Positions 31,170 through 40,335 of a DNA stretch of 64,000 bases are shown here, piece after piece. Below the pieces are notes generated by a model. That model did not search any database and was not told the DNA's origin. It saw only the letters and a list, made by a program, of their open reading frames with translations. The DNA lies in NCBI GenBank assembly GCA_963776355.1, contig CAVZLU010000006.1, positions 946,575 through 1,010,574 on the forward strand, in the 5' to 3' direction. A program made the translations under genes and the position numbers. This DNA is from an uncultured Chloroflexia bacterium (lineage in GTDB: Bacteria > Chloroflexota > Limnocylindria > Limnocylindrales > CSP1-4). Position 1 is the stretch's first letter, and every line of letters begins with the position of its first letter.

Positions 31170-31360
31170 TCCGTCCCGGAGCCCGGCCGGAGCCGTGCCC
31201 CTGCGGGGCGGCGGCTCTGGATCCCTCGTTGCCACGTTCCTGCACGTGGCGCAACACCTTGGCGCATTCTCGCCCGGCAACCGAGTTCGTGCCCATCCGT
31301 CCCCGGTCACAGATGCGCTGCGCTGGACCCTGCTGGACGGTCCGGTCGCGCTGGCCCTCG

Positions 31361-31376
31361 TGTATCGATCGATACA
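31361..31376. promoter_or_regulatory. Perfect 16-bp palindrome TGTATCGATCGATACA, candidate operator
   Basis: Read directly; lies in the divergent region between the regulator and hemQ. Confidence 0.6.
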
Positions 31377-31588
31377 GGTCAACGCGCCAGGGGCGGTCGA
31401 CCCGTCGGTGTCGCGGTCGGTGCGGAGATCGCCCCGGCGTCGCGACGGTTCGTGGTTTCGGGCATTCTAGCGACGGCCGGGAGGTCACGGGCAAGACCCC
31501 GCGCGAAGGGTTCACCGCCCGCACTTGGAGGGCTCTCATTGGCTCGTTCGGGGATGGAGCTCGCGTCCCTCCTCGGCCGGGGCGCGCC

Positions 31589-32270
31589 GTGAGCGCCCAG
31601 TACGTCCGCGCGCTCGCCCTTGGGCTCGACCCCGCGTGGCGCCGGCTCGAGGACTCTCGACGTCGTGAGTCGGCGGATGCGTTCCTCGCGTCGCTCGCAC
31701 CGGGTGAGGGCGTCGTGACCGAGACCTACTCGCTCATCGGGTTCAAGCCGGGAATCGATCTCCTGCTGTGGCAGCTCGCGCCGTCGGTCGAGCGGCTCGA
31801 GGAGGAGGCCGCGCGCCTCTTCCGATCGGGTCTCGGCCAATGGCTCGCCGTCCGCGAGAGCTTCACCGGCCTGATCGGTGCCTCCCAGTACGTGGCGCGT
31901 CCGACGAGCCAGGAGCAATCGCTCTTCGAAGGCGAGCGAGCCCGCTACCTCATCGTCTACCCGTTCACGAAGTCGACCGAGTGGTACCTCACTTCCCGGG
32001 AGGTCCGCCAGGGCTCGATGAACGAGCACATGCGGGTGGGACACGGGTACCCCCAGGTCCGCCAGCTGCTGGCCTATTCGTTCGGCCTCGACGACCAGGA
32101 GTTCGTCGTGGCGTACGAGACCGACGACCTGCCGGCGTTCTCCGCCCTGGTTCGGGATCTGCGGGCGACGGAGTCGCGCCGGTCCACGGTCCGCGACACG
32201 CCCATCCTCGTCGGCGTCCATCGACCGGCTGCCGAGATCGTCGAGCTGCTGGGCGCACCACGCACGCCGA
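31589..32270 (+). CDS. hemQ: Coproheme decarboxylase (HemQ/ChdC, chlorite dismutase fold); stop apparently lost
   Basis: YPFTK (catalytic Tyr and Lys), WY, proximal NEH, and VRQLLAYSFGLDD with Gln at the position of the Cld catalytic Arg. No stop in this frame until 33385, so the end coordinate is approximate. Confidence 0.85.
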
Positions 32271-32418
32271 GGAGGGTCGGGCGCGGCCGCGCCGTAGGTG
32301 CCCCGGGCCGGAAACGGGCCGAACGTCACTGTCGTGCCCGGGATGCCGGCGTCCACGCTCGCACGGTGGGGCTCTGTGCCCCCGGCCCGAGGGGGCAGGG
32401 GCACGATCAGGAGGCACG

Positions 32419-32631
32419 ATGGAGTACGCGCGCACGACGGCCATGCGGGCTCGCTCGTCCAGCCGGGGATCCGTGGCGCGTTCGCAGGCTGCATCGAGGC
32501 GCATGGCCAGGCGGGCCGCGGCCCGCGTCGAGGAGCTGCTGCAGGGCGGTGCCTCCGCCCCGCTCGATCCCGACGTCGAGCGTGCCGTGCGGGCGGTTGT
32601 CGACCGGGCCGAGGCGACCGCCGGCCTCTGA
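32419..32631 (+). pseudogene. 70-codon remnant of an MttB-family methyltransferase
   Basis: RBS AGGAGG plus ATG 32419; the tail RAAARVEELLQGGASAPLDPDVERAVRAVV matches the C-termini of both downstream MttB genes. Confidence 0.65.
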
Positions 32632-32719
32632 CGGTCGCCGGTCGACCTTCCGGTCCCCGCGCGCAACCCCGTTCGATCCTCTTCTCCCAAGCACCCCGAT
32701 GCACCGAGGAGCACTCCCG

Positions 32720-33385
32720 ATGACCAGCACCGAGTTCCTGGCCATGCACCAGGCGATCGTCGACGGCGATCCGGAGGCGGCCGAGGCCGCCGCGACGGCC
32801 GCGATCGCGGCCGGCATTCCGCCGCTCGCGGCGATCGACGAGGGCTTCATGCCGGGCATGAAGGAAGTCGGCGCGGGATTCGCCGCCGGCGACCTCTTCC
32901 TCCCCGACATGATGCTGGCCGCCCGGGCAATGCAGCGCGCTCTCGCCGTCCTCGAGCCGGAGCTCAAGGCGGCCGCCACGGAGCGGACTGTCGCCGGCCG
33001 CATCGTCATCGGCACGGTCGCCGGCGACATCCACGAGATCGGGAAGAACCTCGTGGGGATGCTGCTCTCGACGTCCGGCTTCGAGGTCCACGACCTCGGC
33101 GTCAACGTCGCTCCCGAGCGTTTCGTGGAGGCCGCCCGCGAGCACCGTGCTGACATCGTCGGCCTGTCGGCCCTCCTGACCACCACCATGACCGGCCAAC
33201 GGGCTGTCATCGCCGCCCTCGCCGAAGCCGGTCTGCGCCCGCCCCTCAAGGTGATCGTGGGCGGCGCGCCGGTCACCGGCACGTGGGCGAACGAGATCGG
33301 CGCCGACGGCTACTCCGAGGATGCCATGGGCGCGGTCGACCTGGCGAAGCGGCTGATGGCCGCCGCGGAAGGAGCGAACCGGTGA
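32720..33385 (+). CDS. Methyltransferase cognate corrinoid protein (MttC/MtgC-like)
   Basis: Cap domain (AGDLFLPDMM), GDIHEIGKNLV (DxHxxG), SALLTTT and IVGGAP; own RBS GAGGA. Confidence 0.93.
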   Translation: MTSTEFLAMHQAIVDGDPEAAEAAATAAIAAGIPPLAAIDEGFMPGMKEVGAGFAAGDLFLPDMMLAARAMQRALAVLEPELKAAATERTVAGRIVIGTVAGDIHEIGKNLVGMLLSTSGFEVHDLGVNVAPERFVEAAREHRADIVGLSALLTTTMTGQRAVIAALAEAGLRPPLKVIVGGAPVTGTWANEIGADGYSEDAMGAVDLAKRLMAAAEGANR

Positions 33386-34893
33386 GCGCGCCGCTGAACC
33401 CGATCTCCACGCGCGGCCTGCGAATCGAGGTCCTCGACGCCGACGCGGTCGCGCGCATCCACGAGGCCACGCTGCACGTCATCGAGCATGTCGGCGTCCG
33501 CTTCCCCTCGGAGCGCGCGCTGGACACGTGGGCGGCCGCCGGTGCCGACGTCGATCGCGCGACCAGCGTCGTGAAGGCGCCCCCGGCGATGATCGAGGCC
33601 GCCCTCGCGACCGCACCCCCGGTCTATCCGCTCGCGGCCCGGGACCCCGCCCTCGACCTCTCGCTCGACGGCGAGCATGTCTACGCGGCCACCGATGGCT
33701 GCGGGATCGAGGTCGCCGACCTCGAGACCGGCGAGCGGCGCCCGTCCCGGCTGGCTGACGTGGCCGAGATCGCCCGGCTCGCCGACGCCCTCGACGAGGT
33801 TGCCTTCCACTGGATCCCGGTCTCGGCCCAGGACCGCCCGGCCTCCTCCCGGTCCCTGCACGAGCTCCTCGCCTGCTGGGCCAACAGCACGAAGCACGTC
33901 CAGACCGAGTCGATCGTCACCGAGCGCGAGGCCCGGGCCGCGGTGGAGATGGCGGCGGCGATCGCCGGCGGCCGCGACGCATTGCGGGTCCGCCCGGTCC
34001 TCTCGATGATGCAGTGCACCACGAGCCCGCTCGGGCACGACGGCGGCAGCCTCGACGCCGGCCTGGTCGCCGCCGAGGCCGGCATCCCCGTCGGCTACAT
34101 GACGATGGCGTCGGCGGCGTTCACGGGGCCGGCCACGGTGGCCGGATCCCTCGTTGTCGGGAATGCCGAGGTCATCTCGGCCCTGGCCCTCATGCAGATC
34201 GCCTATCCCGGCTCGCCGGTCTACTACGCGGCCGCCCAGACCGCCATCGACCTGCGCTCCGGTGCCTACACCGGCGGTGGTCCCGAGGACTTCCTGTTCG
34301 GCGCGGCCACGAACGCCCTGGCCGACTTCTACCGGGTCCCGCTCTCCATGGGCGCGTTCGCCACCGGCGCCAAGGCGCCCGACTGGCAGGCTGGCGTCGA
34401 GAACGCCCTGGCGGCCTTCGTGGCTTCGGCGTCCGGCTCGGACATGCTCCTCGGTCTCGGCCTTCTCAACGGCAGCCGCATCTTCTCCCACGAGCAGCTG
34501 CTCCTCGACGCCGAGATCTACTCGGTCATCCGGGCGACGCTCAAGGGCATCCCGGTCGACGACGAGTCGCTCGCCCTGGCGACGATCGCCGAGGTCGGCC
34601 CGGCGGGCGACTACCTGACCGCGCCCCACACGCGGCGGCACATGCGGTCCCTGTGGCGGCCGAGGTTCTTCGATCGCCGCCCGATGGGCGTGGTCGAGGC
34701 CGAGGGCGGCGGTCCGCGGGCATGGGCCAACGCGAAGGCGCGGGAGATCCTGGCCACGCACGTCCCGGAGCCCCTCGACGCCGCCCTCGCCGCCGAGCTG
34801 GCCGGGGTCGTCGGGTCCGTCGAGCGAGCCGCCGGCGAGGAGCCCGCCCCAACCGTCGTCGACGACCTGGTCGCCGCCGGCCGCGGCCGATGA
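33382..34893 (+). CDS. Trimethylamine methyltransferase (MttB) superfamily protein, non-pyrrolysine
   Basis: IHEATLHVIEHVGVRF, TSPLGHD, GPATVAG, DLRSG and FSHEQLLLDAEI; no in-frame amber codon. Confidence 0.88.
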   Translation: MSAPLNPISTRGLRIEVLDADAVARIHEATLHVIEHVGVRFPSERALDTWAAAGADVDRATSVVKAPPAMIEAALATAPPVYPLAARDPALDLSLDGEHVYAATDGCGIEVADLETGERRPSRLADVAEIARLADALDEVAFHWIPVSAQDRPASSRSLHELLACWANSTKHVQTESIVTEREARAAVEMAAAIAGGRDALRVRPVLSMMQCTTSPLGHDGGSLDAGLVAAEAGIPVGYMTMASAAFTGPATVAGSLVVGNAEVISALALMQIAYPGSPVYYAAAQTAIDLRSGAYTGGGPEDFLFGAATNALADFYRVPLSMGAFATGAKAPDWQAGVENALAAFVASASGSDMLLGLGLLNGSRIFSHEQLLLDAEIYSVIRATLKGIPVDDESLALATIAEVGPAGDYLTAPHTRRHMRSLWRPRFFDRRPMGVVEAEGGGPRAWANAKAREILATHVPEPLDAALAAELAGVVGSVERAAGEEPAPTVVDDLVAAGRGR

Positions 34894-36383
34894 GCCCGGT
34901 CGCAATCGGGGATCCGCTCCGCCCGACGCTGCGGCTGCTGGGGCCCGAGCTTGTCGAGCGGATCCTCGACGAGGCGCACCAGCTCCTGCTCGATCCGGGC
35001 GTGCGGGTCCAGGACGCCGAGGCGGTGCGCCTCCTGGCCGCGGCGGGCGCCGACGTCGACGGCAGCACCGTCGGGATCCCGGCGACGCTGGTCGAGCGAG
35101 CCCTGGCAACCGTGCCCTCGTCGTTCGCGCTCTTCGACCGCGGGGGGACGCCGGCGGTCCGCTACGGTGCCGGGGTCGTCCAGTTCGACCCGGGCTCATC
35201 GGGTGTCAACGTCCTCGACCCGATCAGCGGCGATCACCGGCCGTCGCAGGCCGACGACCTCGTCCGCCTCGTCCGGGTCGCCGAGATGCTGCCCGCCTAC
35301 GCCGCCCAGTCGACGGCCGTCGTGTGCGGCGACGCGCCGGCCGAGATCGGCGATCTCTACCGGCTCTTCCTCGTGCTCCTTGGCTCGGCCAAGCCGATCG
35401 TCACCGGGGCCTTCAGCCCCGAGGGCACGGCGGCGATGATCGACCTCCTCGCGCTTGACGCGGGGGGCCGCGACGCGCTGGCGGCACGGCCGCGGGCCGT
35501 CTTCGACGTGTGCCCGTCGCCACCGCTCACCTGGACGGCGTTCGGTGCGCGGAACCTCATCGACCTCGCCCGGGCGCGCGTCCCGGCCGAGATGGTCTCG
35601 ATGCCGCTCGCCGGCGGGGCCGCCCCGGTGACCCTCGTGGGCTCCGTCGTGCAGCACGCTGCCGAGTGCCTGGCGGGGATCGCCATCCACCAGCTCGCGA
35701 GCCCCGGTGCGCCGATCGTGTGGGGCGGCGCACCCGCGATCGTGGACATGCGGACGGGCGTGACCCCCATGGGCGCCATCGAGACGGCCATGCTCGACGC
35801 CGCCTACACGCAGGTCGGGAAGGACCTCGACCTCCCCACGCACGGGTACCTGGGAGCGACGGACGGCAAGGTGATCGACCACCAGGCCGGCCTCGAGAGC
35901 GGCATGGGCGCCCTCGTCGGCGCCCTGGCCGGGATCGACATGATCTCGGGCTCGGGAATGCTCGACTCGCTCCGCTGCCAGAGTGCCGAGAAGCTCGTCC
36001 TCGATGCGGAGGGGATCGCGATGGCGCAGCGGCTGGTCCGCGGCGTGGCGACCCCCACCGAGACCCTGGCCACCGCGGCGGTCCGGGCGGCCGGGCCCGA
36101 GGCGCGCTTCCTGGAGCTCGTCGAGACGCGGCGCCTCTTCCGCTCGGAGCAGGCGCTGCCGTCGTCGGTCATCGACCGCGCCTCGCTGCGGGCGTGGGAG
36201 GAGGCGGGACGGCCCGACGCTGCCTCCCGGGCGCGGTCCCGGGTCGACGAGCTGCTGGCTGCCTACGTGCGGCCCGCGCTCGAGCCAGCGGTCGAGGCGG
36301 CGATGATCGCCCTCGTCCGCTCGGCCGGCGTCCCGTTCGGGCTCCACGATCAGCTTCCGGGGCTCGCGGCGGCGCTCGCCTGA
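34890..36383 (+). CDS. Second MttB superfamily methyltransferase, non-pyrrolysine
   Basis: ILDEAHQLLLDPGVRV, PSPPLTW, APVTLVGSVVQ, DMRTG, KVIDHQAGLES and SAEKLVLDAE; no in-frame amber codon. Confidence 0.88.
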   Translation: MSPVAIGDPLRPTLRLLGPELVERILDEAHQLLLDPGVRVQDAEAVRLLAAAGADVDGSTVGIPATLVERALATVPSSFALFDRGGTPAVRYGAGVVQFDPGSSGVNVLDPISGDHRPSQADDLVRLVRVAEMLPAYAAQSTAVVCGDAPAEIGDLYRLFLVLLGSAKPIVTGAFSPEGTAAMIDLLALDAGGRDALAARPRAVFDVCPSPPLTWTAFGARNLIDLARARVPAEMVSMPLAGGAAPVTLVGSVVQHAAECLAGIAIHQLASPGAPIVWGGAPAIVDMRTGVTPMGAIETAMLDAAYTQVGKDLDLPTHGYLGATDGKVIDHQAGLESGMGALVGALAGIDMISGSGMLDSLRCQSAEKLVLDAEGIAMAQRLVRGVATPTETLATAAVRAAGPEARFLELVETRRLFRSEQALPSSVIDRASLRAWEEAGRPDAASRARSRVDELLAAYVRPALEPAVEAAMIALVRSAGVPFGLHDQLPGLAAALA

Positions 36384-36406
36384 CCCGCCCGGGTACTGCC
36401 GGGCCG

Positions 36407-37288
36407 TTACGGCGTGGCGTCCCTGAACGATTGGGTGGTCAGTGTCCCGCCGCTCGGCGTCACGTAGCAGGTGACTCCCCGGTCGCCGCCATCCCACGAA
36501 TCGCTTGTCGGCGTGAACCAGCCGACGTCCAGGGCATCCTGGCTGTCGTAGGCGCTGCCGGTATACGTGGCGAACGCCGGCATGCACTGCTCCTGCACCC
36601 AGGCCTGGAACTCGTCGTCGGTCGGGTAGGCCGTCGCCGGGTCGTCCGCGATGAAGAAGACCTCGCCTCCATGGGGGTCGGTGCAGGGAAGGCGGCGCAG
36701 CTCGTTGAACTGGTCCTCCGAGGGCAGGACGATGCAGTCGCCGACGGCGAGGTCGGTTGCCCCGACCACGGATCCCCCCGTGGGCGTGGCCGGGGCCGGC
36801 GCGGACGGACCCGTCGACTCCGTCGTGACGCCCTGGCGGAGGATGGAGGCGCCCAGCCCGGCGACGACCAGGAAGATGATCACCCCGATCGTCGATCCCA
36901 GCATCAGCCGTCGGTTCGATGCCGGCGGGGCGGGCCAGGCCCGGCCGTCTGGAGCGACCCAGGCGTTGCCGTCCACCGCCATGCCCGGTTGCTCGGCAGC
37001 GAGCCATGCGCCGGAGCCGGTCGGCTCTGGGACCACCGGAGAGGCCGGCTCACTCGGGTGGGCCGAGATCCTCGCCGCGTCACCGGCCTCGCGGGCGGCC
37101 GACGGCGCGAACTCGCGGAGGTACAGGAACCCCTGGTCGTCGACGACCGCTGCGCCCAGCTCCGAGAGCGCCGCCTCGAGCTGGGCATCGGTCATCCCGG
37201 GATCGCCCCGCAGGCGCGCCCAGGCGAGCAGCCCGTCGCGGGAGATGCCCGACCGGTGCGACGCGAGGATCTCGCGGATGATCTCCAT
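36407..37288 (-). CDS. Membrane protein with a C-terminal septum-formation-family domain
   Basis: One TM, then VGDCI...LPCTDPHGGEVF...C...FTPTSDSWDGGDRGVTCY; an extra ~60-aa N-terminal helical domain. Confidence 0.72.
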   Translation of the reverse strand: MEIIREILASHRSGISRDGLLAWARLRGDPGMTDAQLEAALSELGAAVVDDQGFLYLREFAPSAAREAGDAARISAHPSEPASPVVPEPTGSGAWLAAEQPGMAVDGNAWVAPDGRAWPAPPASNRRLMLGSTIGVIIFLVVAGLGASILRQGVTTESTGPSAPAPATPTGGSVVGATDLAVGDCIVLPSEDQFNELRRLPCTDPHGGEVFFIADDPATAYPTDDEFQAWVQEQCMPAFATYTGSAYDSQDALDVGWFTPTSDSWDGGDRGVTCYVTPSGGTLTTQSFRDATP

Positions 37289-37429
37289 CGCCTCGCCCTC
37301 CAGCCCCTCCGTCCCCAGTATCGGCGCCCGTTGACTCCAGGGGAAGTCCCACCGCCTGACGTTCCGAGGCAGCCTCACGGGCCGCCCCGACGCCCGCGGG
37401 CCGGCCGCGCGCCGGAACCGGCTCAGCGG

Positions 37430-38818
37430 TCAGTGACTCGCGAGGCGCTCGGCGATCGATCGCCCGTCCGGAGGCCGCCCGGTCGCCTCCGACCGGCGAT
37501 CGAGGCGGGCGATCGCACCCTGCGTGTAGCGGATGCCAAGCCAGCGGAAGGGCTCGATCTCCCAGCTCGGGCTGCGGTGGTTCACCAGGGGCAGCTCGGT
37601 GAGCGGCGTCCGCTCCCCGCTGATGAGGTCCGCGAGCGTGCGCCCGGCGAGGTTGGCCGTGGACACGCCGTGGCCCACGTACCCGCGACCGGTGGCGATC
37701 CCGCTGCGCGGGTCGAAGGCGATCGTCGGGTGCCAGTCGCGGGGCATCCCCAGCGGCCCGCCCCAGGCATGGCTGAAGCCGACACCGCGCAACACCGGGA
37801 ACCAGGCCCGGGCGAAGTCCCGCAGCATCGCGTGGGTCGGGGCGTGACGGTCATAGGCGTCCCTGATGGGCGACCCGAGGCGGTACGGCGCGCCGCGCCC
37901 GCCGAACAGGATCCGGCCGTCCGCCGTCCGGGAGAGATAGTCGATCGAGAGGCGAGCCGACGCCACCACCTCGCGGCCTGCCCAGCCGATCTCGTCCCAC
38001 TGGGCGTCGGTGAGCGGATCCGTGAGGACGATCAGCGAGTACATCGGGACGAGCTGGCGATGCAGCATCGCGAGCCGGGTAAGGTAGGCCTCTCCGGCCA
38101 GGACCACGATCGGCGCCCGGACCTCGCCCCGCGGCGTGATCAGCGCCGCGGGCGCGCCGCCGGCCGCCGGGCGCACGTCCGAGACCGGAGTGCGCTCGAC
38201 GATCCGGGCTCCCATCCGTTCGACGAGGGCCGCCAGGCCGCGCGCCAGGCGGCCGGGGTGGATCACCGCGGCGGCGTCCGACCAGAGGCCGGCCACGGCG
38301 CCCGCGATCCGGATCTTCCCGGTCACGCCCGCCGCGTCGAGCAGCCGGTAGCGGTCGCCGAAGCCGAACGCCTCGTATTCGCGGAGGGCATCCTCGATCG
38401 CCGGTACGTGGTGCGGTCCGCGGGCGACCAGCAGCTCCCCGCCCTTGTGGAAGCCGGCGTCGATCCCCTCGGCCGCGGCCACCCGGCCGACCTCGTCGAC
38501 CGCGTCGTAGGTGGCCTGCTGGATCCGGCGGGCGGCCTCATGCCCGTGGAGCCGGGCGAGGCGGCGCATCGAGATGTTCAGGTCGGGAGCACACCAGGCA
38601 CCATTGCGCCCCGACGCGCCGAAGCCGGCGATCTCACCCTCGACCACCACGACGCGCAGGCCGGGCTGCTGCTTCAGCAGGTAGTAGGCGGTCCAGAGGC
38701 CGGTGTAGCCGGCACCCAGGATGGCCACGTCGCAGTCCACGGACCCGTCCAGCCGTGGTCGGGGCGTGAGGTCGCCGGCCGTCTCGAGCCAGAACGAGAC
38801 GCCGGCGTAGGACTCCAC
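37430..38818 (-). CDS. FAD-dependent oxidoreductase (PuuB/DAO-like amine oxidase family)
   Basis: SFWLE, ILGAGYTGLWTAY, GFGASGRNG, WGGPLG and GYVGHGVS; TACCCT box 7 nt before the GTG. Confidence 0.88.
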   Translation of the reverse strand: MESYAGVSFWLETAGDLTPRPRLDGSVDCDVAILGAGYTGLWTAYYLLKQQPGLRVVVVEGEIAGFGASGRNGAWCAPDLNISMRRLARLHGHEAARRIQQATYDAVDEVGRVAAAEGIDAGFHKGGELLVARGPHHVPAIEDALREYEAFGFGDRYRLLDAAGVTGKIRIAGAVAGLWSDAAAVIHPGRLARGLAALVERMGARIVERTPVSDVRPAAGGAPAALITPRGEVRAPIVVLAGEAYLTRLAMLHRQLVPMYSLIVLTDPLTDAQWDEIGWAGREVVASARLSIDYLSRTADGRILFGGRGAPYRLGSPIRDAYDRHAPTHAMLRDFARAWFPVLRGVGFSHAWGGPLGMPRDWHPTIAFDPRSGIATGRGYVGHGVSTANLAGRTLADLISGERTPLTELPLVNHRSPSWEIEPFRWLGIRYTQGAIARLDRRSEATGRPPDGRSIAERLASH

Positions 38819-39049
38819 GGGAGGTAGGGTAGGCGAGCCGTTCGGTCGCTGACGGGTCGTCGCGCGCGCTGCGCCGGCGCGGGCCCGCTCTCGCCGCGGG
38901 GCTCGTGTGTCCGGCCCCGGAGACGCCACTCCGCCCGCGCCCCGTGCGCCGGCCGGGCCCCAGGGCCCCGGCGTCTCGCAGGGTGCGCCGGCACGGGAAG
39001 CGGCGCCACCGGCGGCTCGAGACCCCGCGCCCCGCCTATCCTTGGGGCC

Positions 39050-40334
39050 ATGTCCACCCAGCCCGCGGCCGGGCGCGGGCGCCTCCGTGGGATCCTCCTG
39101 GACCTCACCCCGCTCCGCAGCGATCGCGACTACCGGTTCCTGTGGCTGGGCCAGGTCATCAGCGGGGCCGGCCGGCAGGTCACGGTCGTGGCCCTCCCGT
39201 ACCAGCTGTACGTCCTCACGCACAACACCCTTGCCGTCGGGCTCCTCGCCCTCGTCCAGCTCGTGCCGATCCTCGTCTTCTCCCTTGGCGGTGGGGCGGT
39301 CGCCGACGCGGTGGATCGCCGTCGGCTCCTCGTCCTCACCCAGCTCGGGCTGGCGGCCTGCAGTGCCGTCCTGTTCGGGCTCGCATTGAGCCCCGGCGCG
39401 CCCATTGCCGGCTACTACGTCGTGGCCTTCGTGGCTGCGGGCCTGGGTGCCGTCGACCAGCCGGCTCGATCGTCGGCCATCCCGCGCCTCGTCCCCCGCG
39501 AGCGGCTGCCGGCCGCCATCGCCCTCAACCAGCTCGGCTTCCAGGCCATGGCCGTCGCGGGGCCCGTGCTCGGCGGGCTGTTGCTGGCCACGGTCGGCGT
39601 GGCCTCGGCCTTCCTCTTCGACACCGTCACGTTCGCGGCGGCGATCGTCGCCCTGCTCGTGATCGCGCCCATCCCGCCCCTCCCCGACGCCGCCCGGCCG
39701 AGCCTCGAGACCGTGAAGGAGGGGCTGCGATTCGCCCGGGGCAAGCGGATCGTCCTGTCGACCTTCGTCATCGACATGGTGGCAATGGTGTTCGGGATGC
39801 CGGCCTCGCTCTTCCCGGCGCTGGCGCTCGACGTCTTCGGCGTGGGGCCCGCCGGGGTTGGGCTCATGGCCGCCGCCCCGGCGGCCGGAGCCCTCGTCGG
39901 CGCCGCCCTGACCGGCTGGGTGGGCCGGGCCGTCCACCCCGGGCGCTGGGTGATCGTCGCCGTCGCCGGCTGGGGCCTTGCGATCACCGCCTTCGGCCTC
40001 TCCTCCGGCAGCTTTCCGCTCGCGCTCTTCTTCCTCGCCCTGGCCGGGGGCCGCGGACGTGATCAGCGCGGTGCTCCGATCATCCATCTGGCAGCTCGAG
40101 ACCCCCGACGCGCTGCGCGGCCGCGTCGCGTCGATCCACGTCCTCGTGGTCACCAGCGGCCCGCGCATCGGCGACGCGGAGGCGGCCGCGGTGGCCGCGA
40201 TCGTGGGTCCCCAGCTCTCCGTGATCTCGGGCGGGATTCTCTGCCTCGTGGGGCTCGTCGGAGGTCGTGCGGCGCTTCCCCGAGCTGCGCCGCTACGTCT
40301 CGCCCGTGGCCCGGGGCCCGGAGCCGTCGCCTAG
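39050..40334 (+). CDS. MFS transporter, EntS-like (frameshifts near 40050 and 40262)
   Basis: GAVADAVDRRR and DQPARSSAIP, then DVISAVLRSSIWQLETPDALRGRV in another frame; TATCCT box 7 nt before the ATG. Confidence 0.85.
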
Positions 40335-40335
40335 C

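Noticed and set aside
31589-32270. Chlorite dismutase
   Set aside because: Gln replaces the distal catalytic Arg, the YPxxK Tyr is present, and the gene sits beside a heme operon.
30740-33385. 881-aa ORF suggesting a HemQ-corrinoid protein fusion
   Set aside because: The ~150-codon linker reads like off-frame GC sequence and overlaps the MttB remnant in another frame. The corrinoid gene has its own RBS and ATG. Loss of the hemQ stop by an indel is more likely.
33382-36383. Pyrrolysine-containing MttB
   Set aside because: Neither gene has an in-frame TAG, and no pyl genes or tRNA-Pyl are in the window.
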